Assembly: GCA_010356995.1 (NCBI GenBank)
Contig: ML996687.1
Span: 807,803 to 871,802, forward strand
Origin: Trichodelitschia bisporula
Taxonomy: Eukaryota
DNA length: 64,000 nt
Direction of reading: 5' to 3'
Made by a program: the position numbers and the translations under genes. Under the pieces are notes generated by a model. The model worked only from the letters and a program-made list of their open reading frames with translations, did not search any database and was not told the DNA's origin. Each line of letters opens with the position of its first letter. Position 1 is the first letter of the stretch. This document shows positions 62,784 through 64,000 of the stretch, piece by piece.

Positions 62784-63163
62784 TCAAGGCGTGCGCGGAA
62801 AGTGTGGGGCTTGGGTTCTTCAATAACTAGTAGGGGAACGTCGGCATTTGGGGGATAGTTAAATTGAGTCGACCTCGAAGGCCGAGTAAGGCGAGTATAC
62901 AATCCAACCAACCCCATGTGAGTGTATTCTCGGCGCCTTGTGCTCGATCAACCCACCTTCTACATGCCGCCAAAGCGACAGATATCGTTTCATCGTAACC
63001 CAGATCCGCAGTATCTCAATGGCGTATCCAAGCGCCAGAAGCCCACCCAACAGACAAGCAGCGCTCAAAAAGGTATTCACAAGAACCAAGGTGGATGGCA
63101 ATTCACGCCTTCTTTGACCACAACGCACATCAAAAGATCCATTCCATCGCTCATGCATACTCG

Positions 63164-64000
63164 TCAGCGCGCGTTCGCCGATGCACCCTCAGCCCGGACA
63201 GCCGGCGCCGCCGACGGCGGGCGCGAAACCGGCGACACGGCCGTAATCTCAATCGACGGCAGCGCCCCCAGAGGTGCTAGACGGGGAACGGTGGGCGTGG
63301 CCGGACTTTCGTAGGGCGGCGCCTCGCCCCAGCCGAGGTTATCATAGCGTGGGGGTTCCTCGGTGGGGATGACGACGGCAGGTGGGGAATCGTCGGCAGC
63401 ACCTGGAGGCGGCACAATGGATGGCGAGCGCGAGGTCGCCTCAAGGGAGATTACATCGTAATCGTCGTCCTCGTCAGGGGGCGCGGCGGTCGAGGCGGCG
63501 CTGAGCACCGACGAGCCAGAGCGGCCGCGGTGGTGTGTGGCCAAGCTGCCGGTGGTGCCTGCGCCTACACCGGCACCAGCGCGCATGCTGTCGCTGCTGA
63601 TGGACGCGGCTGAGTCGAGGAGCGGACGGTTGTCGGAGTCGGTGGAGTTGGCGCGGATGCGCGACCCATCGTGGCGCGCCACACCCAGAGCACCGTACTG
63701 CACGGCCGAAACGCGGCGATCCCGGCTAGCCGACCGGTGCTCAGCAATGAGCTGGGCGGAACGCGGCGGATCTTGTTCGAGGCGCCGGCGACTCTCGTCC
63801 TGGAGACGGCGAACGGTCTCAAGGTCCCCGCGAGCACGCGCCTCGCGGCGTAACCGCCGCCGCTCCTCACGCTCGGCCGCCTCCTCGCGACGCGCTCGAC
63901 GAATTTGGTAGAGAGATTCCATCTCTTCGTCTCGGCGTGCCTCCTCTTCGTGTGTTGACTCTGGGTATTCGAGGACGACATCAATGCCAGCACGTTCGCC
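63164..64000 (-). CDS. 3' part of a fungal protein of unknown function (runs off the right edge)
   Basis: Open frame to the window end: GERAGIDVVLEYPES..EEEARRDEEMESLYQIR, a charged coiled coil, and PPRY and PPYESP PY motifs. Confidence 0.75.
   Translation of the reverse strand, partial: GERAGIDVVLEYPESTHEEEARRDEEMESLYQIRRARREEAAEREERRRLRREARARGDLETVRRLQDESRRRLEQDPPRSAQLIAEHRSASRDRRVSAVQYGALGVARHDGSRIRANSTDSDNRPLLDSAASISSDSMRAGAGVGAGTTGSLATHHRGRSGSSVLSAASTAAPPDEDDDYDVISLEATSRSPSIVPPPGAADDSPPAVVIPTEEPPRYDNLGWGEAPPYESPATPTVPRLAPLGALPSIEITAVSPVSRPPSAAPAVRAEGASANAR

Noticed and set aside
1..64000. Transposons, RIP-degraded repeats, tRNA/rRNA, CRISPR
   Set aside because: No transposase or reverse-transcriptase motifs, long terminal repeats, AT-rich RIP blocks, cloverleaf patterns or repeat-spacer arrays were seen by eye.

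Overview
Gene-dense chromosomal segment of a filamentous ascomycete (Pezizomycotina-type spliceosomal introns, mostly 42-80 nt, with CTAAC/CTGAC branch points). It carries about 27 protein-coding genes. Core genes: SEC17, PRE3, a bem46-like hydrolase, LYS2, MRI1, PAN1, a membrane DnaJ protein, an FMO, FCF2, SUA7, SPE1 (ODC) and SFH5. Regulatory or chromatin genes: an RRM+YTH protein, a chromodomain+3xCCCH protein, a divergent cyclin and a SNF2 ATPase. Accessory-type genes: a GliK-like cyclotransferase, a secreted Cys protein, an NmrA-like protein, a GPI repeat protein and a P450+MFS pair. No rRNA, tRNA, CRISPR or recognisable transposon was seen, and there is one 40-N gap. The best signals missing from the ORF track: (1) a C/D box snoRNA in the oversized FCF2 intron with a perfect 11-nt guide to LSU rRNA A2256 (snR63/SNORD46 type); (2) an AUG-less upstream ORF ending Pro-Pro-stop in the ODC leader (polyamine-responsive uCC type); (3) a small gene needing a GC-AG intron; (4) a 15-nt microexon carrying the proteasome beta1 catalytic Thr; (5) a TACNGTA motif that recurs in most intergenic regions; (6) a decayed CFEM-like gene. 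Exon boundaries were read by eye and no database searches were run.
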